Shown: one piece after another, positions 1 to 10,338 of the stretch
Layout of the letters: each line of letters starts with the position of its first letter
How positions within the stretch are numbered: the stretch's first letter is position 1
Source of the DNA: Emcibacteraceae bacterium
GTDB taxonomy: Bacteria; Pseudomonadota; Alphaproteobacteria; Sphingomonadales; Emcibacteraceae
Assembly (NCBI GenBank): GCA_016744185.1
Contig: JADGEY010000003.1
Span: 169-64,168 of the forward strand
Length of the DNA: 64,000 nt
Reading direction: 5' to 3'
Position numbers and translations under genes: made by a program
The notes under the pieces: model-generated
What the model saw: only the letters and a program-made list of their open reading frames with translations
Database searches by the model: none
Told to the model about the DNA's origin: nothing

Positions 1-92
1 TTTGCCAGCCGTTTAATTTTTATGATTTGTTCAGGCTCAATTAAATATTGTTTTCGAATAAGTTTTTCTGATGTTTGAGAGACGGCTTCCAT
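1..92 (-). CDS. hypothetical protein, N-terminal part only (gene runs off the window start)
   Basis: Reverse-strand frame is open from ATG (90-92) to position 1 and reads MEAVSQTSEKLIRKQYLIEPEQIIKIKRLA. AAAGG lies 8 nt upstream; alternative ATGs at 126-131. Too short in-window to assign a family. Confidence 0.3.
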   Translation of the reverse strand, partial: MEAVSQTSEKLIRKQYLIEPEQIIKIKRLA

Positions 93-214
93 TTTATGAC
101 CTTTCATCTTACGTATGAAGATATCCATCATACACACACAAGAGCATACACAAGAGCATACACAAGTTATTTTTAAATATTCTGAGGGGTAAATATTATT
201 AAAATATTTTTTAT

Positions 215-1495
215 TTATGTGCCGTCATAAAAGGCAAGTTCATAATCCATTTCTGGTTTTGATACAGGGAAATCAAGCCCATCCTTTGCATTTAAGATAT
301 CATCAGAGGGGATAACGGCGATATGTTTCTGAAGCTCAATAGCCGTTCTCATGCTAAGGTCTGCTCGCCAAGTAACGGCGCAAATCCGGATTGCTTTCTT
401 TGATGACATAATTTTCCGAACGGAAGCTATGGGAATTTTTGATAATTGCGCAAGGCAGTGCATGATGAGTTCTCTCTGACAATTATTCACAGCATTTTGG
501 ATAAAATCATCATCTAGAACGCCTTTAAGATATAAGTCTTCTGCTTGCTGGGCGACTGTTGCGTCAGCCGCTTTGTCAAAAGGAGTTGTCTGAATTTTTT
601 TGCGAACAATGATCAGCAGATCATCGGCGAGATCTTTATCAAGATTACATTTATCGATCATTTGGGTCACAAGAGAAGAAGCGACAAACCCTGCAATTCG
701 TTTAAGCGCACGAATAGAAAGATTTGGGCGCATGGTAAGGGGGGTATGAAGAGGCTTAGAATCTTCAGCCTGTTCAATAATAAGATCTAACGTATCTTCT
801 CTGATTTGAGCATTTTCATTGGTCAGAAGAGCGGCAATGGCTGGGATGTCTTGTGATGATGCAAGAGCCTGTGATGTGTTTTCATCAATAAGATTACGTT
901 TTGCAATAGCGCAAAGCGCACCGCTTAATGTGGTTGCTGCGATTATTTCACGTAGATCAGTTTGGCTAAGCAAGGGTGAATATTCAAGCATCGGCTCGCA
1001 GACAAGTAGATCACTATCAAAAGCAAGCTTGAGAGCAATATTCTTAGGTATCAATTGACTTTCTTTTAATTCTTCCGCAATAATCCTTCGAACATTAACA
1101 AATTGATCTTCTGCAAGCCCATCTAACACTTCAATGGCTTTATCACAAATTTGATGTGCGCCATTTTCGTTAATATCAGGAAATATTCGTGATATTTTAC
1201 GGGCAAGTTCTTCTCGTACTTCTGAGTTTTTATCTTCAGCTAAAATTTGATCTGCCAGAACGGGTGTATTCGGATTTGCTGCAATGGCGGCTCTTATTTT
1301 TGGATCTTTATCACTTGAGAGGTAATAAAGAATTTCAGGCTCTGTATCAGGATGATTAGCAAGCGTCTCTTTTTCGAAACGCTGGCTGTTTTTTAAAATT
1401 TCTTTGGCTTCAGAATAATTGAAATATTTTTCTACTTCTTTTTTCTTTTCTTTATCACTAGTATTTATAAAATTACTAATAAGTTTTTTAAGCAT
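215..1495 (-). CDS. HEAT/ARM-like repeat protein, probably DUF2336 family
   Basis: Long ORF with repeated helical segments (PKIRAAIAANPNTP, SEVREELARKI, VNVRRIIAEEL). Start moved to ATG 1493-1495, which overlaps the upstream cyclase stop as ATGCTTAA. Family call is from memory of DUF2336 in alphaproteobacteria. Confidence 0.5.
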   Translation of the reverse strand: MLKKLISNFINTSDKEKKKEVEKYFNYSEAKEILKNSQRFEKETLANHPDTEPEILYYLSSDKDPKIRAAIAANPNTPVLADQILAEDKNSEVREELARKISRIFPDINENGAHQICDKAIEVLDGLAEDQFVNVRRIIAEELKESQLIPKNIALKLAFDSDLLVCEPMLEYSPLLSQTDLREIIAATTLSGALCAIAKRNLIDENTSQALASSQDIPAIAALLTNENAQIREDTLDLIIEQAEDSKPLHTPLTMRPNLSIRALKRIAGFVASSLVTQMIDKCNLDKDLADDLLIIVRKKIQTTPFDKAADATVAQQAEDLYLKGVLDDDFIQNAVNNCQRELIMHCLAQLSKIPIASVRKIMSSKKAIRICAVTWRADLSMRTAIELQKHIAVIPSDDILNAKDGLDFPVSKPEMDYELAFYDGT

Positions 1496-3254
1496 TCTTG
1501 TCATCCCGTATTGCAAAAGAGTAATTATTTTTTCCCGAGTTTTTAACATGATATAGGGCGCGGTCAGCTTTTTCTAATATATCATGAATAGTAAATTTTT
1601 CTTCTGGTTTGCTCATGGCAATACCGATTGAAAGAGAGAGTGTAGGTTTTATCTTGCAGGCTATTTTTTGAAGCATTGGCACGGCATCAAGAATAGCTTT
1701 GGCTTTCTTTTCTGCTCCTTCTTCTGTAATGTTATTTAGCCATATGGCAAATTCATCACCTCCAAGACGGCTTGCATAATCACCAATGCGGATATTATCT
1801 TTTAATATTTTTGAGAGTTTAGCAAGAATTTTATCGCCTCTTGCATGCCCATGCGTATCATTTACCGCTTTAAAATTATCAATATCAATATAAAGTAGTG
1901 CGCAGTCTTTTTTGGAACGTTTTTGATGTCGAAGGCGTTTATTGATGTCAAGATGGAAAGCGCGCCTATTAAGAAGCCCCGTCAGCTCGTCCGTTAGAGA
2001 TATTTTTTTAAGAATTTCTTGGGATTTTAAAAATTCCATAGCAAGACCTAATTGGCAAATAATACCCCTGAAAAGGGAAAGGTCATTATCTGACCAAGCA
2101 GGGTCAGTTTTGTTCCTGAGAAGGAATAATGTTCCATTAATTTTACCATGATGTTGGGTAATGCCCATTAAAAATTCATATTCGCCAATCTTCTCATAAA
2201 TGGTTGAAATAGGCTGCGTTCGGTGGGGGTCTTGCCAAATTTTAACGGCTTTATGGCATAGCTCATAAAATATTTTTTTATCTACTTTGCAGCCTATATT
2301 ATACTTTAGATCGGCAACCGTTGTGCCATCTTCTTTTTCATTCATTTGTAAAATGCCACAATGAGCTGAAGGGATGCCTTCTAATGTAGAGTTCACTGCG
2401 GATTTAAGCATATCTTTTGGCTCTACCGTATCGCGGAATGAAGAAATGATACGGTTTAAAACCTGTTCTTTGGTTTTTATGCGGCGCAGAGTAGCTTCAT
2501 GTTCTTTTTTTTCTGTAATGTCGCTACAGGTACCCCGTGCGCCTTGCCAAGTAGAGCTATTGTCAATAATAGGCACCGCAGAAACAAGAATACAGGCTTT
2601 AGAGCCATCAGAACGTTGAAGCCAGATTTCCATATTATGAACTTTATCTAGCGTATCAAATGGATTGCTTCCTCCGCTATCAATAATAAGGTCAGCAGCA
2701 TTTTTACCATTAAGCTCATAAGCTGTATATCCGAGGATTCCCCGAGGAGAAATATATTTGAAACAGCCTAAATTATCTGTTTCCCATGAAAAATCACTAG
2801 AACATTCCACAAGATCTTTAAACATTCGGCGGCTATCGACAAGAGCTTTCGTAAGATTCTGCTCAATCGTAATATCTTTGCCAATTAATAAAACTCTTGC
2901 TTTTCCATCATTATTACTGGGGCTTGCAGGAAGGGCAAGGAGATCAAAATGCCTTGTACCGTTGATATTTTCTAATATAATTTTTTGATTTTCAGGGTTT
3001 TTTGTTGCAACGCAGCGTTTAACCATATTAAGCAGAACAGTCTTTTTTTCGCTAAGAGACTGAACAAAACTTTCAGCTTGAATATTTTGTGATAAGACTT
3101 GCATTTGAAGATTGGTGAGCAGGGCAGGGCCAGAGAATTTATGGATGATTTCTTCAGGAAACAAATAACAATCAGGAAGAAATTGCTGATTGTTATTTGT
3201 TTTATTCTGAACAATATTTGTATTTTTTAAAATACGTGTAATACTCGCATCCAT
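1488..3254 (-). CDS. diguanylate cyclase with PAS and GAF-like sensor region
   Basis: C-terminal GGDEF domain: RLGGDEFAIW active site, with an RIGD (RxxD) I-site 5 residues upstream. PAS-like segment SWETDNLGCFKYISPRGILGYTAYEL. 588 aa. Confidence 0.85.
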   Translation of the reverse strand: MDASITRILKNTNIVQNKTNNNQQFLPDCYLFPEEIIHKFSGPALLTNLQMQVLSQNIQAESFVQSLSEKKTVLLNMVKRCVATKNPENQKIILENINGTRHFDLLALPASPSNNDGKARVLLIGKDITIEQNLTKALVDSRRMFKDLVECSSDFSWETDNLGCFKYISPRGILGYTAYELNGKNAADLIIDSGGSNPFDTLDKVHNMEIWLQRSDGSKACILVSAVPIIDNSSTWQGARGTCSDITEKKEHEATLRRIKTKEQVLNRIISSFRDTVEPKDMLKSAVNSTLEGIPSAHCGILQMNEKEDGTTVADLKYNIGCKVDKKIFYELCHKAVKIWQDPHRTQPISTIYEKIGEYEFLMGITQHHGKINGTLFLLRNKTDPAWSDNDLSLFRGIICQLGLAMEFLKSQEILKKISLTDELTGLLNRRAFHLDINKRLRHQKRSKKDCALLYIDIDNFKAVNDTHGHARGDKILAKLSKILKDNIRIGDYASRLGGDEFAIWLNNITEEGAEKKAKAILDAVPMLQKIACKIKPTLSLSIGIAMSKPEEKFTIHDILEKADRALYHVKNSGKNNYSFAIRDDKNA

Positions 3255-3335
3255 AGTTTATGCCACTTTAGTTAATATTTATTTTTAGGATATAACAAGA
3301 CCCTTAACAACTCGTTTAAAATAGAATAAAATTGA

Positions 3336-4052
3336 ATGGAAAAAGGAAGAATAAATTTAAAAATAATGAGCAAAAAAAACCTTAAAAAAACAGACCATTG
3401 GGTATTTGATCTGGACAATACGCTTTATCCTGCACAGACGAATTTATTTGATCAGATTGATCATTTAATGGGAAAATTTATCAGCAGAGAATTTAATCTG
3501 GATTTAAAAGAAGCTCGGAAAATTCAGAAAGGCTATTATCATAAATATGGCACAACTCTTCGGGGGCTTATGAATGATTATGATATAGAGCCAGAAAGTT
3601 TTTTGAAATTTGTGCATAACGTTGATTTATCTGGCTTAGAGAGGGATGAAGCTTTAATCAAGGCTCTTGATAGCTTACCTCAAAAAAAGTTTATTTATAC
3701 TAATGCTTCAGAAAAATATGCTCTGCGTGTATTAGAAAAACTGGGCGTAGCAGGTAAGTTTGAGTTAATATTTGATATTCATAAGGCGAATTATAGACCA
3801 AAGCCTGAAATTCAGAGTTATCATAAAATGGCAGATTATTTTAATATTGATTTACAGAAATCTGTGATGGTTGAAGATTTGGCAAAAAATTTAACGCCTG
3901 CCTATAGGCTGGGTATGATAACGGTTTGGCTTGAAGATAAAACAGAAACGTTGCAAGAAGAAGACTTAAAAGCCATACAGGATGGTAATATTGATTATAA
4001 AATAAGCGATTTGCCAAAATGGCTCTTAAAAATCAGCCAAAGTGACGAATAA
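3336..4052 (+). CDS. HAD-superfamily pyrimidine 5'-nucleotidase-like hydrolase
   Basis: HAD motif I in WVFDLDNTLY, with a downstream motif (IYTNAS) and VEDLAKNL. Commonly lies next to dapD in alphaproteobacteria. Alternative start ATG 3366 (MSKKNL). Confidence 0.7.
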   Translation: MEKGRINLKIMSKKNLKKTDHWVFDLDNTLYPAQTNLFDQIDHLMGKFISREFNLDLKEARKIQKGYYHKYGTTLRGLMNDYDIEPESFLKFVHNVDLSGLERDEALIKALDSLPQKKFIYTNASEKYALRVLEKLGVAGKFELIFDIHKANYRPKPEIQSYHKMADYFNIDLQKSVMVEDLAKNLTPAYRLGMITVWLEDKTETLQEEDLKAIQDGNIDYKISDLPKWLLKISQSDE

Positions 4053-4155
4053 AATAGTCAATAAAGTGCTTGTGAGCGTTCAATAGGGATTGACAGCAAC
4101 AGGTGAATGCTTATTGTCCGTTTTATAAAGTAGAGCCACAATTCAAGGAAAGAAA

Positions 4156-4992
4156 ATGTCACTAGAACAGATTATTACCGCCGCTTGGGAAAGCCGCAGC
4201 GAAATTAACATAAATACGAAGGGAGAGCAGCGGGAAGCTGTAGAAGAAGCCCTTCATTTATTAGATTCAGGGCAGGCGAGGGTTGCATCGAAACAGGATG
4301 GTAAATGGGTGACGCATCAATGGTTAAAAATGGCTGTTCTTCTCTCTTTTCGCCTTAATGATACGCTTGCGATTGCGGGCGCACCAGGGAAGCATTCAAA
4401 TTGGTACGATAAAGTACCGTCAAAATTTGAAGGCTGGGAAAAAGCTGATTTTGATAAAGCAGGATTTAGAGCCGTTCCAGGATCAATTGTGCGTCATAGT
4501 GCTTTTATTGCAAAAAATGCCGTTCTGATGCCGTCTTTTGTCAACCTAGGGGCTTACGTTGATGAAGGCACGATGGTGGATACATGGGCAACGGTTGGCT
4601 CATGCGCCCAGATTGGTAAAAACGTTCATCTTTCGGGCGGAATTGGTATTGGCGGCGTGCTAGAGCCTGTGCAAGCAGGGCCCGTGATTATCGAAGATAA
4701 TTGCTTTATCGGCGCACGTTCAGAGGTTGCAGAAGGCGTTATTGTCGAAGAAGGCGCTGTGCTTGCTATGGGCGTTTACCTTAGCGCATCGACAAAAATC
4801 ATTGATCGTTCTACGGGTGAGATATTTATAGGGCGCGTGCCGTCTTATTCTGTTGTCGTTCCGGGGAATCTTCCGGGAAAGCCGCTTGCTGACGGCTCGC
4901 CGGGCCCAGGGCTTTACTGCGCTGTGATTGTAAAACGGGTTGATGCTCAGACCAGATCGAAAACCTCCATCAATGACTTATTAAGAGATTAA
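4156..4992 (+). CDS. dapD: 2,3,4,5-tetrahydropyridine-2,6-dicarboxylate N-succinyltransferase
   Basis: Hexapeptide-repeat region ([38 protein letters not shown]) and DapD-type N-terminus. Followed by dapE. Confidence 0.9.
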   Translation: MSLEQIITAAWESRSEININTKGEQREAVEEALHLLDSGQARVASKQDGKWVTHQWLKMAVLLSFRLNDTLAIAGAPGKHSNWYDKVPSKFEGWEKADFDKAGFRAVPGSIVRHSAFIAKNAVLMPSFVNLGAYVDEGTMVDTWATVGSCAQIGKNVHLSGGIGIGGVLEPVQAGPVIIEDNCFIGARSEVAEGVIVEEGAVLAMGVYLSASTKIIDRSTGEIFIGRVPSYSVVVPGNLPGKPLADGSPGPGLYCAVIVKRVDAQTRSKTSINDLLRD

Positions 4993-4998
4993 TTTAGA

Positions 4999-6174
4999 AT
5001 GTCCCCAGCCCCAAAGATTATTGATGCTGTTAAATTAACGCAGGATTTAATTCGCTGCCCTTCTGTCACGCCCGATGATGGCGGTGCGCTTGATGTTCTG
5101 CAATCTGTTTTAGAAAACCTAGGTTTTAAATGTACAAGGCTTGTTTTTAAAGAAGCAGGGACGGCAGATATTGATAATCTTTATGCAAGGCTTGGCACAT
5201 CTGCGCCCAATTTTTGCTTTGCAGGTCATACAGATGTTGTTCCTGTGGGAGATAAAGCGGATTGGACGGCGCAGCCTTTTGCAGGCGATATTATAGACGG
5301 GCAGCTTTTTGGACGGGGCGCAGTGGATATGAAAGGAGCAATTGCTTGTTTCGTTTCTGCTGTGTCACATTTCCTTAATAAGGATAATTTTGAGGGTTCG
5401 GTCTCATTTCTGATTACAGGTGATGAAGAGGGGCCTGCGATTAATGGCACGGTAAAAATGCTTGAATGGCTTAAAAAATCGGGCGAAAAACTGGATTACT
5501 GCCTTGTGGGCGAGCCAACGAATGTGGAAAAACTAGGGGATATGGCAAAAATTGGCAGACGGGGCAGCCTGAATAGCCATTTAAGAGTAAAAGGGGTGCA
5601 GGGTCATGTCGCATACCCTCATTTAGCGGATAATCCTATCCCAAGATTAATTAAATGTCTGGATTCTTTATCATCGGAAGAGCTGGATAAAGGAACAGAT
5701 CATTTCCAGCCCTCAAACCTAGAAATTGTCACCGTTGATGTGGGCAATGCTGCATCAAACGTTATTCCTGCGGCGGCGGAAGCGAGATTTAATATTCGTT
5801 TCAATGATGAACAATCGGTGCAAGTCTTAAAAGACTGGATTACAGCGACCTGTGATGATCATGCAGGGGATTATGATCTGGATATGAAATCTTCAGGAGA
5901 TGCATTTCTGACCGCCCCCGGTATTTTAAGCGATCTGATTACTCGTGCTGTAAAGGGCGTAACGGGTCATGATACTGATCTTAGCACATCGGGCGGTACG
6001 TCAGATGCACGTTTTATCAAAGACCATTGCCCCGTGTCAGAATTTGGTCTAGTGAATAAAACCATGCATAAAATAGATGAAAGAACAGATGTTTCTGATC
6101 TTGAAATGCTTACTAAAATTTACCTTGAAATGTTAAAGTTATTTTTTAAAGATAACGCAGAAGAGCGATCCTAA
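4999..6174 (+). CDS. dapE: succinyl-diaminopimelate desuccinylase
   Basis: M20 peptidase motifs ([25 protein letters not shown]). Synteny with dapD. Confidence 0.9.
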   Translation: MSPAPKIIDAVKLTQDLIRCPSVTPDDGGALDVLQSVLENLGFKCTRLVFKEAGTADIDNLYARLGTSAPNFCFAGHTDVVPVGDKADWTAQPFAGDIIDGQLFGRGAVDMKGAIACFVSAVSHFLNKDNFEGSVSFLITGDEEGPAINGTVKMLEWLKKSGEKLDYCLVGEPTNVEKLGDMAKIGRRGSLNSHLRVKGVQGHVAYPHLADNPIPRLIKCLDSLSSEELDKGTDHFQPSNLEIVTVDVGNAASNVIPAAAEARFNIRFNDEQSVQVLKDWITATCDDHAGDYDLDMKSSGDAFLTAPGILSDLITRAVKGVTGHDTDLSTSGGTSDARFIKDHCPVSEFGLVNKTMHKIDERTDVSDLEMLTKIYLEMLKLFFKDNAEERS

Positions 6175-6176
6175 AT

Positions 6177-6815
6177 ATGGCTTCTAAAGATTCTTTATTT
6201 AAATATAGTGTCGTGCATTTGCGCGGCGCAGTGGATTTACTGCTTTGTAGGTTTCAAAAAGCGGTAAAATATTTTGATTTTTCAGCAGAAGGCTATTGGA
6301 AATCTTTTCTGGCAGTCTTTTTCGCGCTATTTTCGCTTCTTTTTTCTATGGTTATATTTGACGAGGGAAAGGGGGTTTTTACGGCTTTAAATAATGCTAA
6401 AATCACATTTTATATTTTAAGCCTTCCGCTTTTTGCCTTGGTGATGGTTTATTTTACAAAATGGCTTAAAATAGACCAATATTATTCCCCAATGATTATT
6501 ATTTATAATTGGTACTGGGGGCTGAAAAGCATCGTCCTTATTTTTGTACAAATCATAATGATAAAATTTCTTTCCATAGAAGCTATCGGCAGTATATTGA
6601 CTGTCTTTTCTGTTTATTTGAACATCTATCTTTTATGGTATGTATTAAGAAATAGCTTGAAAATTTCAGCTCTTCTCGCTGCGGGGGTTACGTTATTTGC
6701 GTTTGTTCTTAATATGGTATTTTTCATGGGGTCTTTATATTTAATTGCCCCCGATGATATGAAAAAAATAAAAGTCCAATTAGAAGTAGAGATGCAAAAG
6801 AATCAAAATCAGTAA
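6177..6815 (+). CDS. hypothetical multi-pass membrane protein
   Basis: 212 aa ORF with about 5 hydrophobic helices. No recognisable motif. Confidence 0.5.
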   Translation: MASKDSLFKYSVVHLRGAVDLLLCRFQKAVKYFDFSAEGYWKSFLAVFFALFSLLFSMVIFDEGKGVFTALNNAKITFYILSLPLFALVMVYFTKWLKIDQYYSPMIIIYNWYWGLKSIVLIFVQIIMIKFLSIEAIGSILTVFSVYLNIYLLWYVLRNSLKISALLAAGVTLFAFVLNMVFFMGSLYLIAPDDMKKIKVQLEVEMQKNQNQ

Positions 6816-7597
6816 TCCGCTTTGACAAAATATAGCCCATCTGGTGGTGCGTTATAGCCAAGTTCTTTACGGTCAGCGGCTTTTAAAGCAGCCTTTAAAT
6901 CATTTTTAGACCAGCGGCCCGTGCCAACAAGATACAGGCAGCCAACCATAGAGCGGACTTGATGATGTAAAAAGCTCATGGCGGAGGTTTCAATATAAAT
7001 ATTGTCCCCTTCACGCCAAATATTGATTTCATCAATGCTTTTAACGGGGCTATCTGATTGACACCGAGAAGACCGAAAAGTGGTAAAATCATGAAGCCCC
7101 ACAAGAACCTGCGCTGCGTCATGCATGGATTTTTCATCTAATGCTCGGCGAACTTGCCAAGCCTGTCCTTTACGCAAAGATAAGGGAGACGGGCGGTTTA
7201 CAATATGGTAGCGGTAATAACGTTTAAGGGCAGAATAGCGAGCATGAAAATTCTCATCCACTTTAACGCAGTCTAAAATGACAATAGGATGAGGTTTTAA
7301 ATGAAAATTAAGAGCTTCTCTGACTTTAAACGCCTCTATTTCTTTTGGCAGGTCGGCATGACATGTCATGGCAAGACCATGAACGCCCGCATCTGTTCTT
7401 CCTGCGCAATGAATCCGCACGTCTGACTGGCAAAATGCTTTAATCGCCTTTTCAATTTCCCCTTGGATAGAAGGGACATTCTCTTGATATTGCCAGCCAT
7501 GAAAGCCCGAACCATTAAATTCCACCGTTAATTTATAGCGGTAAATTTCAGGTGCAGTACCATCTTTTTTAGCAGGAGGGATATATTTTCCAGTCAT
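6809..7597 (-). CDS. truA: tRNA pseudouridine(38-40) synthase
   Basis: GRTDAGVHG catalytic Asp motif. 262 aa. truA-fmt-def synteny. Confidence 0.9.
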   Translation of the reverse strand: MTGKYIPPAKKDGTAPEIYRYKLTVEFNGSGFHGWQYQENVPSIQGEIEKAIKAFCQSDVRIHCAGRTDAGVHGLAMTCHADLPKEIEAFKVREALNFHLKPHPIVILDCVKVDENFHARYSALKRYYRYHIVNRPSPLSLRKGQAWQVRRALDEKSMHDAAQVLVGLHDFTTFRSSRCQSDSPVKSIDEINIWREGDNIYIETSAMSFLHHQVRSMVGCLYLVGTGRWSKNDLKAALKAADRKELGYNAPPDGLYFVKADY

Positions 7598-8523
7598 AAA
7601 AACTTAGTCCCAAGATCAATAGATATGCCCCGCAGAAAGTCTTCACTCATCATTGGACGTTTGCTCGCTTTTTGAACTTTCAGGATAAGAAGAGCATTTT
7701 CTTTACAAGCAATGGTAAAGGGCGCAGCAATCATTTCTCCAGCCTCACCGCTCATTTCGCTCTCGCTCATTTCACTCTCACGGACTTCTAATATTTTAAG
7801 CCTCTCGCCCTTAAATTCTGTCCATGCCCCGGGGAAAGGGTTTAGGGCGTGAATATGTTGGCGTACTTCTGCGGCTGTTTTATTCCAGTTAACTTTGGCT
7901 TCTTCTTTGGTAAGTTTCGCCGCATATGTAACGCCTTCTTCTGGCTGTGCATGGGGCGGTAATGATCCATGATGTAGACCGATTAGGGCAGGGACAATAT
8001 GACGTGCGCCCATAATGGATAATCTATCATGAAGGCTTCGGGCGGTGTCCGACTTTGAAATTTTTGTTACTTCTTCGATAAGAACGTCCCCTGTATCTAG
8101 TCCTTCATCCATTTGCATAATGCCGATGCCTGTCTGCGTATCTCCTGCCATAATTGCTCTCTGGATAGGAGCAGCTCCTCGCCACCTTGGCAATAAAGAC
8201 GCATGAACATTAAGGCAGCCGAGCCTTGGCGCATCTAAAATAGCCTTTGGCAGGATAAGCCCGTAAGCGACAACCACGGCAGCATCAAGCTTTAAATCTT
8301 TAAATTTTTGCTGTTCTTCTGCGGATTTAAGGCTAAGGGGCGTAAAAATAGGAAGATTATTTTGAATGGCAAATTCATGCACGGGGGTCATGCGATCTTT
8401 TTTTCCCCGTCCCGCCGGTCTTGGCGGCTGTGAATAAACGGCGGTAATATCATGCCCTGCATCTATTAAAGCCTTTAAGGTGGGGAGTGAGAAATCAGGC
8501 GTTCCCATGAAAGCAATGCGCAT
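7594..8523 (-). CDS. fmt: methionyl-tRNA formyltransferase
   Basis: MRIAFMGTPDFS N-terminus and HASLLPRWRGAAPIQRAI motif. Overlaps the truA start by 4 nt. Confidence 0.92.
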   Translation of the reverse strand: MRIAFMGTPDFSLPTLKALIDAGHDITAVYSQPPRPAGRGKKDRMTPVHEFAIQNNLPIFTPLSLKSAEEQQKFKDLKLDAAVVVAYGLILPKAILDAPRLGCLNVHASLLPRWRGAAPIQRAIMAGDTQTGIGIMQMDEGLDTGDVLIEEVTKISKSDTARSLHDRLSIMGARHIVPALIGLHHGSLPPHAQPEEGVTYAAKLTKEEAKVNWNKTAAEVRQHIHALNPFPGAWTEFKGERLKILEVRESEMSESEMSGEAGEMIAAPFTIACKENALLILKVQKASKRPMMSEDFLRGISIDLGTKFL

Positions 8524-8535
8524 AAAGAGACCTTT

Positions 8536-9057
8536 TTATTCAGTTTGTTTTTTAATTTTTTTAATAATCATTTTTCGTTTTAGGTTTGAGAGATAATCAA
8601 TGAAAACTACGCCTTCTAAATGATCCATTTCATGCTGAATGCAGGTGGCAAGCATTCCAGTGCAGTGGATATTTTGTGCTTTGCCATCATAATCTAAATA
8701 AGAAACCTTACATTCAAGGGGGCGTTCGATTTCGGCATATTGTTCGGGAACGCTGAGGCAGCCTTCATTATAAATGCCGATCTCTTTTGAAACCCATGTG
8801 ATTTCTGGGTTAATATAATAATGCGGTTCTGGCTTTTCACTATCTTCGGATAAATCCATGACAAGAACTCTAATAGTGCGGGAAACTTGCACAGCGGCAA
8901 GACCAATTCCAGGGGCATGATACATAGTTTCCAACATATCATCCATGAATTTACGCAGTTCATCATCGACTTTTCCCACAGGGGTGGAAATTTCTTTCAA
9001 TAAGGGGTTGGGAACTGTTATAATCGGTAATATCGCCATAAAGAGAGCCTCTATCAT
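8536..9057 (-). CDS. def: peptide deformylase (canonical)
   Basis: All three catalytic motifs are intact: GIGLAAVQ, EGCLS, HEMDH. Confidence 0.92.
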   Translation of the reverse strand: MIEALFMAILPIITVPNPLLKEISTPVGKVDDELRKFMDDMLETMYHAPGIGLAAVQVSRTIRVLVMDLSEDSEKPEPHYYINPEITWVSKEIGIYNEGCLSVPEQYAEIERPLECKVSYLDYDGKAQNIHCTGMLATCIQHEMDHLEGVVFIDYLSNLKRKMIIKKIKKQTE

Positions 9058-9127
9058 TTTATCTGTATATTTGTTAGGTAATAGGTAGAAGCGTTAAGGT
9101 CAAGTCTATAAAAGGGATAAAAGTAAA

Positions 9128-10306
9128 GTGGTCATAAGCACGGGGATGATAATTTTAGGGGCGGCAGCTGTTTTAGGAGCTGTTTTAGGAGCTGTTTTTC
9201 TGGGGATATTTAGTCTTTATCAGGTGCGCCAGAATAAAGAAATCCACCTAAGAATGGAACAAAACCGCAGAGCAAGTGAAGAATCCATGCTTCATGTAAC
9301 CAAAAGCTCCCATGCTTTAGAGGGTGGGCTTGTCCAGCTTCAAAAAGCCCAAGTGGAATCCCAAAGTGCCTTTACCCGCGCGCTAGAAGAGCGGCTTGAT
9401 AAAGTATCGCACCGAATGGGGCAATCTTTGGAAAGCAATAATAAAAACACGGTAGAATCTTTAAGCGAGCTTAGAGAGAGGCTAGCGGTGATTGACAAAG
9501 CGCAAAAAAATATCTCGAACCTTTCAGAACAAATGGTTGGATTGCAAGATATTCTATCGAATAGGCAGGCACGGGGGGCATTTGGTGAAATCCAGATGAA
9601 TGATCTTATTTCGTCTATCCTGTCGCCGTCAGCCTATGAATTTCAACATGTTCTAAGCACGGGAAAGCGTGCGGACTGTTTGATTAAGCTGCCAAATCCT
9701 CCGGGGTCTATTGTGGTGGATAGTAAATTCCCTCTTGAAAGCTTTCAAAAGATGAGAAATGCTGAAAATGAAATAGAGCGCAAACTTGCTGCGAAAAGCT
9801 TTCAGGGCGATATTTTAAGGCATGTGAAAGATATATCTGAAAAATATATTATTTTAGGGGAAACCGCAGAATCAGCTTTGATGTTTCTACCCAGTGAGGC
9901 GGTTTATGCAGAGCTTCATGCTAATTTCACTGATATTGTTGAAAAATCTTATAAGGCACGGGTTTGGATTGTCAGTCCAACCACATTAATGGCAACGCTT
10001 AATACAGTTCGGGCGGTGCTGAAAGATGCGGTCATGAGAGAGCAAGCTGGAGTTATCCAAAAAGAAGTTGGCAAGCTATCCGAAGATATTGACCGCCTTG
10101 ATACAAGAGTTGGTAATCTTCGTAAGCATTTTAAACAAGCGGATAAGGATATTGATGAAATTGTAACGTCAAGCCGTAAAATTTCATCGACCATGGGGCG
10201 GATTGAAAAACTGCAATTGGAAGACGCTAAAGAAGAAATAAGGGTAGATATTACTGAAACGCTTGTTTCTGATCTTACTTTAACGTCGCTGCCCCCTGAA
10301 GAATAA
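9128..10306 (+). CDS. rmuC: DNA recombination protein RmuC
   Basis: N-terminal TM helix, coiled-coil, and RmuC nuclease-like core (ADCLIKLPNPPGSIVVDSKFPLESF, MFLPSEAVYAE). GTG start. Confidence 0.85.
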   Translation: MVISTGMIILGAAAVLGAVLGAVFLGIFSLYQVRQNKEIHLRMEQNRRASEESMLHVTKSSHALEGGLVQLQKAQVESQSAFTRALEERLDKVSHRMGQSLESNNKNTVESLSELRERLAVIDKAQKNISNLSEQMVGLQDILSNRQARGAFGEIQMNDLISSILSPSAYEFQHVLSTGKRADCLIKLPNPPGSIVVDSKFPLESFQKMRNAENEIERKLAAKSFQGDILRHVKDISEKYIILGETAESALMFLPSEAVYAELHANFTDIVEKSYKARVWIVSPTTLMATLNTVRAVLKDAVMREQAGVIQKEVGKLSEDIDRLDTRVGNLRKHFKQADKDIDEIVTSSRKISSTMGRIEKLQLEDAKEEIRVDITETLVSDLTLTSLPPEE

Positions 10307-10338
10307 GGCATAAAATGAAGAATAAGGAATAAAATCTA

